Part shown: positions 1-11,882 of the stretch, one piece after another
Layout: every line of letters starts with the position of its first letter
Numbering within the stretch: position 1 is the first letter of the stretch
From: Eledone cirrhosa
Taxonomy: Eukaryota
Direction: 5' to 3'
NCBI GenBank assembly: GCA_964016885.1
Contig: OZ024742.1
Coordinates: forward strand, 233,120,001 to 233,184,000
DNA length: 64,000 nucleotides
Translations under genes and position numbers: made by a program
The notes under the pieces: generated by a model
The model's input: the letters and a program-made list of their open reading frames with translations, nothing else
What the model was told of the DNA's origin: nothing
Database searches by the model: none

Positions 1-545
1 GGTTTGTCAGAGCAGCTAAATGGTAAGAACAGTGACCAGAAGGGGTGTTAGAAAATGACGAATTGAAGCTTTTGTGGGACTTCATCATTCAATGTGATAG
101 AATGATTAAAGTAAAAAGGCTAGACATTTTAGTTGTGAACAAGAAGAAAAGAGAGCCCAAATTATCGATGTCTCTATCCTAGGAGTTGTAGAGGGAAAGA
201 TAAAATGCATGAAAAGATGAAGTTTGATCCACTGTAGGAAGAGGTCGGAAAGTTGTGGGAGATGAAGGTTTTAGTGATTCCAATGGTGATCAGAGCATTG
301 GGATGCATATCGGACAGTTATGAGTATTGTGTAAATAGAATCGGAATTGATGCAAGGTTACAGGCTATGTAGAAGACAACACTTCTTGGTACAGCAAGGA
401 TTTTAAGGAAAGTCCTGTTTATGTAAGGCACAGGAGAGGATGCAGTGAGGGACCTTTGTCATTTTGTTGTTGACTGCTCTCTAACTAAAATATCCAGATC
501 GTTGAACATTTAAGTGTCTGGGATTTACAAAAATGAACTACAATA
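1..545 (+). mobile_element. Degenerate 3' end of an R4/Dong-like non-LTR retrotransposon (restriction-like endonuclease domain and 3' UTR)
   Basis: Interrupted frames read LLWDFIIQCDRMIKVKRLDILVVNKKKRE..IIDVSI..EVGKLWEMKVLVIPMVIRALG..KTTLLGTARILRKVLFM* (stop 424-426), the typical R4/Dong RLE C-terminus; ends in a TAA-rich tail. Confidence 0.75.
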
Positions 546-817
546 ATAAATAATTGTTTCTACTTTTGGCACAAGGCCAGCAATTATCCCAGTGTATTAC
601 TGGTACTTTATTTTAAAATAATAAATAATAACGGTTTCTTATATAGGCACAAGGCCAGCAATTTTGGGGGAGGGCAAAGTCGATTAAATCGACCCAGTGC
701 GTGATTGGTACTTTATTTTATCGACCACGTAAGGATGAAAGAATAATAAACATACTTGTTCGAATAAAATGTTATTAAATATTGAAAATATTTCATTATT
801 AGCACCCATCTCGTAGA

Positions 818-1030
818 TTGTCAGTATCGGTAGAGCGTCGGTCAACATGTTTTGTGGCATATAGTTATGTCCCTTTACATTCTGAGTTCAAATCCCTCCG
901 TGATTAACTTTGCCGTTCATCCTGACGGTATCTATAAAATAAAGTACCAGTAACACACTGGGGTGGATTTAACCGACTTTTCCTTTCCTACAAAATTGTT
1001 GGCTTTGTGTTTAAATCAGAAACCATTATT
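818..1030 (+). mobile_element. tRNA-derived SINE, family A (diverged)
   Basis: A-box-like TGTCAGTATCGG, B-box GAGTTCAAATCC and the family A body. Partial minus-strand copies lie at 555-620 and 632-740. Confidence 0.75.
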
Positions 1031-1164
1031 AGACCCCATCTGTTTGACGAGAATGATCAGTGCTTTATCATTAATTGTCCTTTTCATCTTCTGTGATATC
1101 CCGACTGCTGTTGCATTTATCATGGAGTTAGAGTAATTAACAATCATTGTGATATGATGTAATA

Positions 1165-2345
1165 GTCGTGGTGGTGGTGGTGATTTTGGTAGTGGTGGTG
1201 GTGGTGTAGTGGTGGTGGTGGTGATGGTGTTGATTTTGGTGGTGGTGATGATGGTGGTGATTTTGGTAGTGGTGGTGTGAAGGTGATGGTGGTGATTTTG
1301 GTAGTGGTGGTGGTGGTGGCAATGGTGGTGGTGATGCTAGTGGTGATGGTGGTGATGTTGGTAGTGGTGGTGGTGGTGATGATGGTTGTGATTTTGGTGG
1401 TGGTGGTGATAGTAGTGGTGGTGGCAGTGGTAATGGAGGTAGTGGTAGTGGTGGTGGACATAGTGGTGGTGGTGATGTTGGTAGTGGTGGCGGCGGTGCT
1501 GGTGATGGTAGTGATGTTGGTAGTGGTGGTGCTGGTGCTGGTGATGGTGGTGATATTGGTAGTGATGGTGGTAGTGGTGGTGATGGTTGTGATTTTGGTA
1601 GTGGTGGTGGTGGTGATGGTAGTGGTGGTAGTGATGGTAGTGGTGGTGGCAGTGGTAGTGGTGGTGGTAGTGGTGGTGGAGATCGTGGTGGTAGTGTTGG
1701 TGGTGGTGGTGGTGTTGGTGGGGATATTGGTAGTGGTGGTGGTGGTGGCACTGGTGGTGGTGGTAGTGATGGTGGTGGCAGTGATGGTAATGGTGGTGGT
1801 AGTGGTAGTGCTGATGGTGGTCGTGCTGATGGTGATGGTGGTGGTGATGTTGGTAGTGGTAGTGTTGGTGATGGTAGTGATGTTGGTACTGGTGGTGGTG
1901 ATGGTAGTGGTGGTGGTAGTGGTGGTGATGGTAGTGGTGGTGGTAGTGGTGGTGGTAGTGATGGTAATGGTGGTGGTGGTGGTGGTAATGCTAGTGGTGG
2001 TGGTGGTAGTAGTGGTGGTGGTGATGGTAGTCGTGATGGTGATAGTAGTGGTGATGGTGGTGATGTTGGTAGTGGTGATGGTGATGGTAGTGGTGGTGGA
2101 CGTAGTGGTGGTAGTCGTGATGGTAGTCGTGATGGTGATAGTGGTGGCGGTGGTAGTGATGGTGATGATGGTAGTGGTGATGGTAGTGTTGATGGTGGTG
2201 ATAGTGGTGGTGGTGGTGGTGATATTAGTGATGGTGGTCGTGGCGGCGGCGGTGGTGGTGGTCGTCGTCGTTGTGGCGGCGGCGGCGGTGGTGGTGGTGG
2301 TGGTCGTCGTCGTCGTTGTGGCGGCGGCGATGGTGGTGGTGATAG
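1165..2345. repeat. ~1.2 kb degenerate (GGT/AGT/GAT)n trinucleotide low-complexity tract
   Basis: Directly visible. Nearly every triplet ends in T, with variation at the other two positions. Confidence 0.95.
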
Positions 2346-3257
2346 ATATAACGACAGTGGTAGTGTCTCTTTTAAAATTTCGAATAAGGGTATAAGTAGG
2401 AGTAGTAATAACATAGCTGTACTTGCTGCTGGCACTTCTAGGAAGAGGATTGTTTCTAAATAATCGGGTTTCAACAGTTGAAGTAAGTACTTTAATCTCT
2501 GCAGTTGAGAGGTCATTCCCTTTCCTACGACACCGGTTCTCTTAGCAACACCCTTTTATATATTCTAACCAGTAAACATTTTTTTTCTCCTGTTTAGAAA
2601 ATCATTCAGGTAACAACGAAATGGCATCACGTTAACGTGAGAACTCTGCAATAATAACTCCCCAGAAAACTCCTCAAATCAACCAATACATTATCCGTTG
2701 GAACAAAACAGTTTCGGTTGCTTTCATATCATTCTTATAAAGTTAAACACACCAATCATAATTTCGGTGTTTAATTTTTTGGGAATACATAGCGCATTTA
2801 TAAAAATTTAGATAATCGCATATTTTATATATATATATATATTATATATATATCTATATATCACCTTTAACGAGAAAAAAAACAACCAAAAACAACGATA
2901 AAAAAACAACAAAAAAAAACGTAAAAGGAAAAAAAAAACTATAAATTGACCTTGTTATAAACAAACTTTCAATTTATATATTTACCTTGACTATACAAAT
3001 TAGTCTCAAATCACAAATTTTGTTTGACAACAACATATATTTTATTGGTGCTCATATAATTATTTGGAGGCAACTGTGTGAATCTATTTCAAAGGATTAC
3101 TTCTCGTGTAGTTAAAGTAAGTATTTGATATGTTTAACCTTCTTTATAATTAATACTTGAATGCATCAACATAGAAAAATACATAAATATAACCTCCTAT
3201 GAGTTTTAAAGGCAGTTTTATTGACTAGAGCTGCTCTTTTTGTTTTACGTATGTATG

Positions 3258-3503
3258 TTCTTCTGGTTTTATAATTTCACATATGTTTGCCAAGAGTGTG
3301 AGAGTCGGTTTCTAACATAGACACAAGACTCTCTCATTGGAATTTACACATCAACTAGGTAGATATGTATGTATGTGTAGATATGGATGTTATTGTATGT
3401 GTGGATGTGGATGTTTTGAGTTGTATGTGTGCATGTGCATACGCTTTGTATCTGTACATGTGTATATGCAGTTATTAGATGCAACATTTTTGGAATGTTT
3501 TAC

Positions 3504-3505
<2 letters not shown>
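3258..3505 (-). mobile_element. 5'-truncated 3' end of the (TACA)n-associated R4-like element
   Basis: Matches 51830-52095; bounded by TATG repeats at ~3249-3258 and 3505-3568. Confidence 0.9.
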
Positions 3506-3534
<29 letters not shown>

Positions 3535-3562
3535 TGTATGTATGTATGTATGTATGTATGTA

Positions 3563-3614
<52 letters not shown>
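3505..3614. repeat. (TATG)n followed by (TG)n microsatellite
   Basis: Directly visible. Confidence 0.95.
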
Positions 3615-3617
<3 letters not shown>

Positions 3618-4138
3618 TGGCTTCTACAGGACTAGAACTGTTTCATGAATATAAGTGTGATACTAATCATGTTTAAATTTTGGGGACTATGTCAATATAA
3701 GAAAACAGTAATTTGAAAAGATTTAAAGGGAAAACAATTTTATTTGTCAGTATAACCACCATGATAATATTACAAATAAAAAGAGAAAAAAGAAAGAAAA
3801 GCGAAAAAAAAAAAAAAAAATACAAGCAAGTAATACATTCGTCTAGGATGACATACAACAAAAAGCAGGCGAAAGGGGTGGACAAACGAACCGCTGCCAG
3901 AGCAATAATTAGTATAATAGAAAATATTAATAAAATCTTCATAATTTACGCTTTTCCCGTTGAAAGAGTGTGGAAATTATATTGTGGCTGTCAGGTAGGT
4001 ATCATCAAAACTTTGAAACCATATAGCCAGTAATAGATGTGACGTTAATGTATAAGCTCATCTGTATATCAACAACCAGTCATAATGATTTCTAATGAAT
4101 GAAACAGTTCTAGTCCTGTAGAATCTCATCTATATTAA

Positions 4139-4192
<54 letters not shown>

Positions 4193-4194
<2 letters not shown>

Positions 4195-4344
4195 CGAAGG
4201 AAATGTGGTAAGGAACCAGGTGGACCATAACGCACCAAAGTACTCAATACTTAGGGTAGTAGAGTGAGTAATAGGAACTAGTAAGACCCCGACGGCTGAG
4301 CTCAAGCCGTTTCGACGGCTAATTCTGGACTAAAAACTGGTTCC

Positions 4345-4345
<1 letters not shown>
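4193..4345 (-). mobile_element. pLTR/retrozyme-like fragment with the 3' half of a hammerhead, inside (TA)n
   Basis: Minus strand AGCCGTC-GAAAC-GGCTTGAGCTCAGCC-GTC-GGGGTC; homologous to 5415-5612, 10010-10120 and 28883-29015. Confidence 0.65.
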
Positions 4346-4375
<30 letters not shown>

Positions 4376-4696
4376 ATAATAATAACACAAGGACGATTTG
4401 TTATGTCTTCATTACGTTTACTAATTGGTGACGCGCGTTTCGCTATTGATCAGCTCAAGGTTCGATCTGCATCGATCTGGCCCGACTCTGGAATCAAAAG
4501 ATCGTCGGAGCTCTGCTGTGGTAATGACAGAATTTAAGCATCGAGTGCTCACCTGGGTGAACCTACAGTAGCTTCACGCTACACTACCTGGATATATATA
4601 CATATATAGCAGAGGTAAAAATATACATTCAAAGCTCAAAGGAGAATTATATATTATAGTATATAATTGCCAAGAAGTTTCAGAATTAGCTCTATA

Positions 4697-4860
4697 TACC
4701 GCTGCCGAAGACGCTTCGTCCTCGAGGACGCACCCTAATTTTGACAACCAAAAATTTGGAAAAAAAATAATAAACAACCTTTGGCCTCCAGGACGCATGG
4801 TAGATTTTTTAGACTCATTTTAGGAAAAAATTAGCGTCTTCGACGTCGGGAAATACGGTA
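4697..4860. mobile_element. Tc1/mariner(pogo)-type MITE
   Basis: Ends TACCG..GAAGACGC / GCGTCTTC..CGGTA in a TA context. Confidence 0.55.
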
Positions 4861-4992
4861 TTTATATATTATTGATCCGAAGAAAAGGTAGATTTTTTTT
4901 TAGGGAGAAAAAGTTGTAAAGGCAGACATAAACACAGAGCAAATATAATTAAATATATAGATGGAAATATTAGCTTTTATATCATTTTTAAT

Positions 4993-5135
4993 TCCTTACA
5001 CGTATTTCAAGAGTTGTACATCCAATTATTCGTATAATGTTTGGTGAAAATTCATATAATCAAGATCTATACATATATATATATATAGATCTATAAATGA
5101 TATATAGGTATATGTACTTCTCCATCTTCAGAGGA
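4993..5135 (-). ncRNA. Type I hammerhead ribozyme motif with greatly expanded stem II
   Basis: Minus strand TCCT-CTGAAGA-T-GGAG.AA.GTACAT...ATGTAC.AA.CTCT-T-GAAA-TACGTG-TA-AGGA; an inverted partial copy lies at ~5235-5390. Confidence 0.65.
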
Positions 5136-5414
5136 TTAAAAAAAAAACGTATTAAATTGAAGCAGAATATATCCGAAATTCAATTCCTACCTTAAACAGA
5201 ATGGGTGACATCTCAAGTCTACCGTTTTTTTATTAGTACAAATACCTATATAGCATTTTGTATGTAAAGATCTTGATCATATGAATTTTCACCAAACATT
5301 ATTCGAATAATTTGATGCACACCTCTCTTGAAACATGTGTAAGGAATTAAAAATGATATAAAAGTTAATTTTTCAATCTATATATTTGTTTTTATATATA
5401 TATATATATATATA

Positions 5415-5612
5415 AGACGAAGCAGGTGTGGTAAGGAACCAGATGTACCATAACGCACCAGAGTACTCAATACTTAGGGTAGTAGAGTGGGTAATAGGAA
5501 AATGTTAGACCCCGACGGCAGAGCGCAAGCCGTTTCGACGGCTATTTCTGGAGTCCAGAAATAGCCGTCGAAACGGCTTGAGCTCTGCCGTCAGGGTCTA
5601 ACATTTTCCTAT
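5415..5612. mobile_element. pLTR-like fragment ending in a 119-bp near-perfect palindrome (5494-5612)
   Basis: Arms are symmetric about 5553, and each carries the GAAAC-stem III-GTC hammerhead half; flanked by (TA)n. Confidence 0.75.
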
Positions 5613-5681
5613 ATATATATATATCCATACACACATATTCATGCACATACATACACAAACCCGCAAACATGTATGTATGTA

Positions 5682-5749
<68 letters not shown>

Positions 5750-5994
5750 GATATGTGTATTCTGAGTTCAATCGGGGGTAACCAAGGTAAGTAAGGTACT
5801 CAATACATGGCAGAGTATAAATATTTAATATAGAAATGGCTTCTACAGGGCTTTCCTGATGATTTTTCGAATGAAACAGTTCTAGTCCCGTAGAAGCCAT
5901 ATATATATATATATAGTAGGTCGAATTTGCTTGCACACCGCCAAAGATTCGATTTTACTAAGCATCCAATTATATATATATATATATTTATATA

Positions 5995-6170
5995 ATTGTT
6001 TATACTTTTGGAACAAGGCCAGCAATTACCCCAGTGCAGTACTGGTACTTTATTTTATCGACCCGTAAGGATGAAAGGCAAAGTTAACCTCGGTGGGATT
6101 TGAACTCAATGTAAAGGGCCATATCTCTATGCTGCAAATCATGGTGTCTGACGCTCTACTAATACTGCCA
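5995..6170 (-). mobile_element. SINE family A
   Basis: Reverse complement of the family consensus, including B-box GGATTTGAACTC. Confidence 0.85.
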
Positions 6171-7149
6171 TATATAATGAAGATACAATTGCTTTCGTGT
6201 TAAAGGGTTTTTTATTATTGATTTTTCATATCTCTTTATTAGTCGAACAATAGACTCTCTAAATCTATTAACATTTCAAAACTTTCACGGCCTCGCTCCG
6301 AAGGAAGTGATGGTAATGACATGTTATTGCTGTACGTTCCAAAGGCAGAAGCAAGGGATATATGAATATGATGATGTAACTGATACAATTATCAAGACAG
6401 GATTTTAATATGTTGACGGTTAACTACTGGGTTACATTCACGGTAGATAAATCTGAGAGACAGCGGCGTGTTCAGAATAATGCATTAGCTTTGCTCTTTG
6501 ACTCTATGTTAAATTTGCGCTACCGAGATATGTCATCACTGATCTATTGTTGTATCCTCACCAATGAGGTCCTTAACGGAACTGCGATCAGGGAGTTGGT
6601 AACTGGACTTGACTCGGCTTTCACCTTGTAGACGTTTCATCAGTTCAGGATAAATGGAACGCCATTCAACACCACAAAGTTTCGGACAGCCTTGTTCATT
6701 TGCTTGTTTAACGCTAAACATTTGAGGTCGACTGGTATTCAACTGAATAGCGACTGTCTCAGGATTTTTGTTTCACTTAATCTTAAACTTCAGATATGTT
6801 AGCAGAGCAAATGCTGTTGTGGGAGTACAGTATACATTTCAGACTTCATTCGTTGTCATGCGGTTTCAGTTTTGACCGCTTCCTTTAGCATGTCGCTCTT
6901 AATGATGCCGTCTAGCGTGGTTTAGTTGCATCCAGTTTTCCATCGCGCATAGACCTAGAGTATAGCCAAATACCGAACTACATCACAATCTTCTCAATTT
7001 GTGGCGGTAAGCCTTTAATCTAGGAGGCAGCTTACAATGATACTTTCTCTAGCGGTAACCTAGTAAAATTAATATCGGATTTAGGCTTCTTCGTTCAACA
7101 GGTAGAGAATTATGGCTGGACAAACTACCGTCTGTTCTCTGATGGTTTT

Positions 7150-7325
7150 CTTGCGTAACCTATAATGGTGAAACCATTTGGTGTCCTGGACCTACGTACC
7201 ACCTCCCTACTGTTTGATCAGGTTAGAGGCGGTCATCGTTAGGAAAGAGCTTCATGAGATTGAATGGCTCTTTCTGCACATCTCCCTCACCATTCTCCGT
7301 AGTAACGTATTCACCATTTGACTTG
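7150..7325 (+). mobile_element. Degenerate CRE-like RLE fragment
   Basis: Similar to 57770-57945 (GGTGTCCTGGACCTACGTACCACCTCCCTACT..GAATGGCTCTTT..CATCTCCCTCACCATTCTCCG). Confidence 0.6.
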
Positions 7326-7403
7326 CGGACACAACAAAACATTTACAATACTCATTGTGTTTATAATAAAATGCTCAGAAAAATATTAAAGTTTTATCTA
7401 TGA

Positions 7404-7540
7404 CTAGACCACACGTGACCTGTTGGGTCACGTTCACTTCAAAATATTTTTTAAAAATCATGTTCACTTAAAAATAATTTTTAATAATTAAAATATACAC
7501 AGACATTTATAGTATATAATGTGAAATGAAACTGGAAGGC

Positions 7541-7595
<55 letters not shown>

Positions 7596-7652
7596 TACAC
7601 ACACACGTGCGTGTGCATATATAAATGTGTGTGTGTGTATATATATGTCTGT

Positions 7653-7683
<31 letters not shown>

Positions 7684-7713
7684 GTGTGGGTGTCTGTGAT
7701 TTATAAGCACTGG

Positions 7714-7783
<70 letters not shown>

Positions 7784-8635
7784 CTATCTATCTATATATC
7801 TATATATACACAACACCACCACCAGCTCACTCTCTCGCTCTTCCATTCTCCTTCTCTGTCTCCTCTCCCCCTCTCTATGTCTCTCTTTTAATCTACTCTG
7901 TCACAACCACTATCTCTTTCTCTCTCTTTGTTTATGAAGGTACCCGGAAAAACCCCTATCTCGGGAACCCGTGCTCCGATTTACGCGAAACTTGTTTTAT
8001 TCCATTTGTATTCCCATTTCAGGGGTAACTTCCTTTCAAAGTATTTTCCCATTATGCGCTCTTTTAGCTGTATTACATTACAGACAATGAAGCAAGCAAG
8101 CAATCACAGACTTTTAGTAATATACTAGACCACCCGTGACCCGTTGGGTCAAAATATAAAAAAAAAATCATGTTCGCTTAAAAATAACTTTTAAATAATT
8201 AAAATATACACAGATAATATATATAATGTGAAATGAAACTGGAAGGCCCATATATATATGTGCGTGTATGTATATATATAAATGTGTGTGTATATACATA
8301 TATGCAGATTTATCTTTACATATATACACAACACCACCACCAGCTCTCTCTTCCATTCTCCTTCTCTGTCTCCTCTCCCTCTCTCTATGTCTCTCTTTCA
8401 ATCTACTCTCTCACAACCACTATCTCTTTCTCTCTCTCTCCCTGTTTATGAAGGTACCCGGAAAAACCCCATATCTCGAGAACCCATGCTTCGATTTGCC
8501 TGAAACTTGTTTTATTCCATTTGTATTCGTATTTCAGGATCAACTTCCTTTCAAAGTATTTTCCCATTATGCACTTTTGGCTGTATTACATTACAGACAA
8601 GCAAGCAAGCAATCACAGATTTTTAGTAATATATA
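7404..8635 (-). mobile_element. Two tandem non-autonomous Helitron-like copies (7404-8124, 8125-8635)
   Basis: Each unit has a minus-strand 3' hairpin TGACCCAACGGGTCA followed by CTAG, and the bodies are duplicated. A third terminal fragment lies at ~9705-9746. Confidence 0.7.
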
Positions 8636-8915
8636 CACCATTCAAATATATATATATTGCCTGTACAGGTAATCAAAGTGTGTATACATTTTTCGGGGAC
8701 ACCATATATATATATACCTGGGTCCTGAAAAATGTATACACCATTCTAATATATATATTGGTTGTACAGGTAATCAAAGTATGTATACATTTTTCCGGGA
8801 CACCATATATATATATATATATATATATACCGGGGTCCCTAAAAATGTATACACCATTCTAATATATATATTGCCTGTACAGGTAATCAAAGTGTGTATA
8901 CATTTTTCGGGGACA

Positions 8916-8950
<35 letters not shown>

Positions 8951-9665
8951 GGGGTCCCTAAAAATGTATACACCATTCTAATATATATATAGTCTGTACT
9001 GGTAATCAAAGGGTGTATATATTTTTCGGGGACACCATATATGTATATATATACCGGGGTCCCTAAAAATGTATATACCATTCTAATATATATATTGCCT
9101 GTACAGGTAATCAAAGTATGTATACAATTTTCCGGGATACCATATATATATATATATATATACCGGGGTCCCTAAAAATGTATACACCATTCAAATATAT
9201 ATATTTCCTGTACAGGTAATCAAAGTGTGTATACATTTTTCGGGGACACCATATATATACCTGGGTCCTGAAAAATGTATACACCATTCTAATATATATA
9301 TTGGTTGTACAGAAAATCAAAGTGTGTATACATTTTTCCGGGACACCATATATTTATATATACTGGGGTCCCTAAAAATGTATACACCATTCTAATATAT
9401 ATATTGCCTGTACAGGTAATCAAGGTGTGTATACATTTTTCCGGGACACCATATATATATATACCGGGGTCCCTAAAAATGTATACACCATTCTAATATA
9501 TATATTGCCTGTACAGGTAATCAAAGTGTGTATACATTTTTCGGGGACACTATATACATATATATAATAATACCGGGCTCCCTAAAAATGTATACACCAT
9601 CCTAACATATAATGCATGTATAGGCAATCAAAGTGGGTATACATTTTTGGGGGGACAACCTGTAT
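8636..9665. repeat. Satellite of ~9.5 tandem ~90-bp MITE-like units separated by (TA)n
   Basis: Unit TACCGGGGTCCCTAAAAATGTATACAC..GTGTATACATTTTTCGGGGACACCATA, with Tc1/mariner-like inverted ends. Confidence 0.85.
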
Positions 9666-10381
9666 ATACACAAATATGAACATATATAATTTAGAGAAAG
9701 TGTGTGCAAGCAAGCAATCAAGATCAGAGTTTTAGTAGTATATAGATAGATAGATAGATTAATAGGAAGGATCTCTTCTCTCTTTTTCTCTCTGTCTCTT
9801 TACTCACACGTACACATGTAGCGATAGATGTTATTGAGTCATAGTGAGCGAAGACATAGCGATGTTGTGGTGATTGGTTTGATTATTATGTTTATTTGTG
9901 GATAGCTTTGTGATGTGGTCACCGTCGTGTAGCGTGTATTACTGGTACGGAGCAACGGTATATATAAATATATATATATATTTATATATATATATATATA
10001 TATATATGAAAAGATTCAGTACCCCGACGGCTGAGCTCCGGCCGCTTCGACAGCTAGATCCAAACTTTTTCATATTACTCACTCTACTACCCCAAGTATC
10101 GAGTACTCTGGTGGGTTATGAAAATACAATCATATATATATATATATATATTTATATATAATATATATATGATTGTATTTTCGTTGTTGTGGTGGCTTCT
10201 GTGGCTTTGTCACCTTAACCACAGTTTTCAATTTGTCACGCTATTTAACGTATGTTTATTACTCTAAGGTGTAACCTATCGATTTATCGGTACATTCTTG
10301 TTGAGTGCTTCGTACAAACTCTGAATTGTTCTTTTGCCGATGCTGGCCGACTGCCACAGCTTCGAGTTTACTAACCTTCCA

Positions 10382-10445
<64 letters not shown>

Positions 10446-10851
10446 ATGTGTGTGTGTGTGTGTGTGTGTGTGTTTCACCAATAAATCGGTGCATCGAACT
10501 AAAATACTTTGTGATACTTATTTATTCATGTTGCACCAGTGACTGCACGTTGAAAATCTATAACCACTATTTCTACTGTTCACAAACGCATGAAAAATAT
10601 ATAAATACATAAAAAATATAAGAATTGTATGCAATAATTTGTCCTTCACACGAACTATTTGTTCGATAAAATATTCAATGTTAATGACATTTATAATGAG
10701 CTGAGCTGCTGAGAAGAGGTTGGCAAAATGTATTTGGATTATTTAGAGACATTAAAAAAAATAAGCGGTTTAGCAGCTGTTGTGCAAAAGCCTGCGAATA
10801 TATATGATGTTCAAACACATTATCTGTTGGATTTAGCGTTTACCGTTATGG

Positions 10852-10892
<41 letters not shown>

Positions 10893-11669
10893 GTTTTAGC
10901 TATAACAAAAGCCCGAACTTTTAGAGAACATACGCACTCAAAGTAACTTACATTTATTGTTAATGCCCTGAATGCAATGCGATTTTAGAACAAAACGTTT
11001 TTTAAAAAATTGTCTAAATAATACTGTTATTCATTTAATGACAAATAAAATATTTCTAGACACAATAACAAAGCGATAAGAACCCCCCCCCAAAAAAAGA
11101 AATGCACGCTTCCACCACTCGCTGGTTGATGAACAATATATAGTGATGAAAACGAAATCCTGACTCAAAAGATATTTAAATTCAAATATTGGCTGCAATG
11201 CTACTATGCTTATTTTGTCTATAGCCTCAAAGTCTAAGAATTATAGAGAAGGAGAAATCAGACTGGGTTTATCGATTCCATATATAAGTCCAAGAAATGG
11301 AATGGCAGTATGCTATAAAACTTTACTGCCAATGTATTTTGTATGTAATGAGACAAGATTAAATTGAAGAAATATGTTAAAGGAATGCCACAGATAGTTG
11401 AGCTGTTAGAATGACGGATTAGTTGACGTATCCTATTCATTGTATCTTTGAGTAAAATATCTAATTCATGTAAGCAGCTTAGCAAGAAACAGCCCACCAA
11501 CGCAAGCAGTGAGAACTATGAAGCTGTCATCTACTTCATTAGCTGGAGGCCCGAGGCTCCAATCATCCCACAATGAAGTTATTCAATTCACATCTAAATG
11601 ATACTTTGATAATTTCTCTTATAAGGAAAAATCAAATATATAACTACTCTTAATAGGGAAATAATGTAT

Positions 11670-11882
11670 TTTGATTTAGGCATAAGGCAGCGATTTTTTG
11701 GGAAAGGGAAAGTCGATTAAATCGACCCAGTGCATTTCTAGTAGTTTATTTTATCGACCCCCAGGAGGACGAAAGGCAAAGCTAACCTCGGCGGGGTTTG
11801 AACTCAGAGCGTCAATGGCCATAACTCTATGTCGTAAAGCATATTATCCGACGCTCTACCGATACTGCCAATCCGCCGCCCT
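11670..11882 (-). mobile_element. SINE family A
   Basis: Full-length reverse copy ending in TACTGCCAATCCGCCGCC. Confidence 0.85.

Noticed and set aside
1137-2516. Pro-rich (extensin-like), Val-rich and Gly-rich open frames
   Set aside because: Several frames are open simply because (GGT)n-like repeats lack stops. In the Gly and Pro frames the wobble position is the invariant one, the opposite of coding behaviour, and there is no clear start or splice context.
6560-7130. Possible decayed RTE-like LINE on the minus strand
   Set aside because: Only vague motif resemblance, too degenerate to support by eye.
8636-9665. CRISPR-like regularly spaced palindromic repeats
   Set aside because: The 'spacers' are near-identical, there are no cas genes, and the context is eukaryotic; it is a satellite.
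10470-10500. Hammerhead-like GGT-GAAAC hairpin on the minus strand
   Set aside because: No recognisable CUGANGA, and stem III runs into (CA)n.
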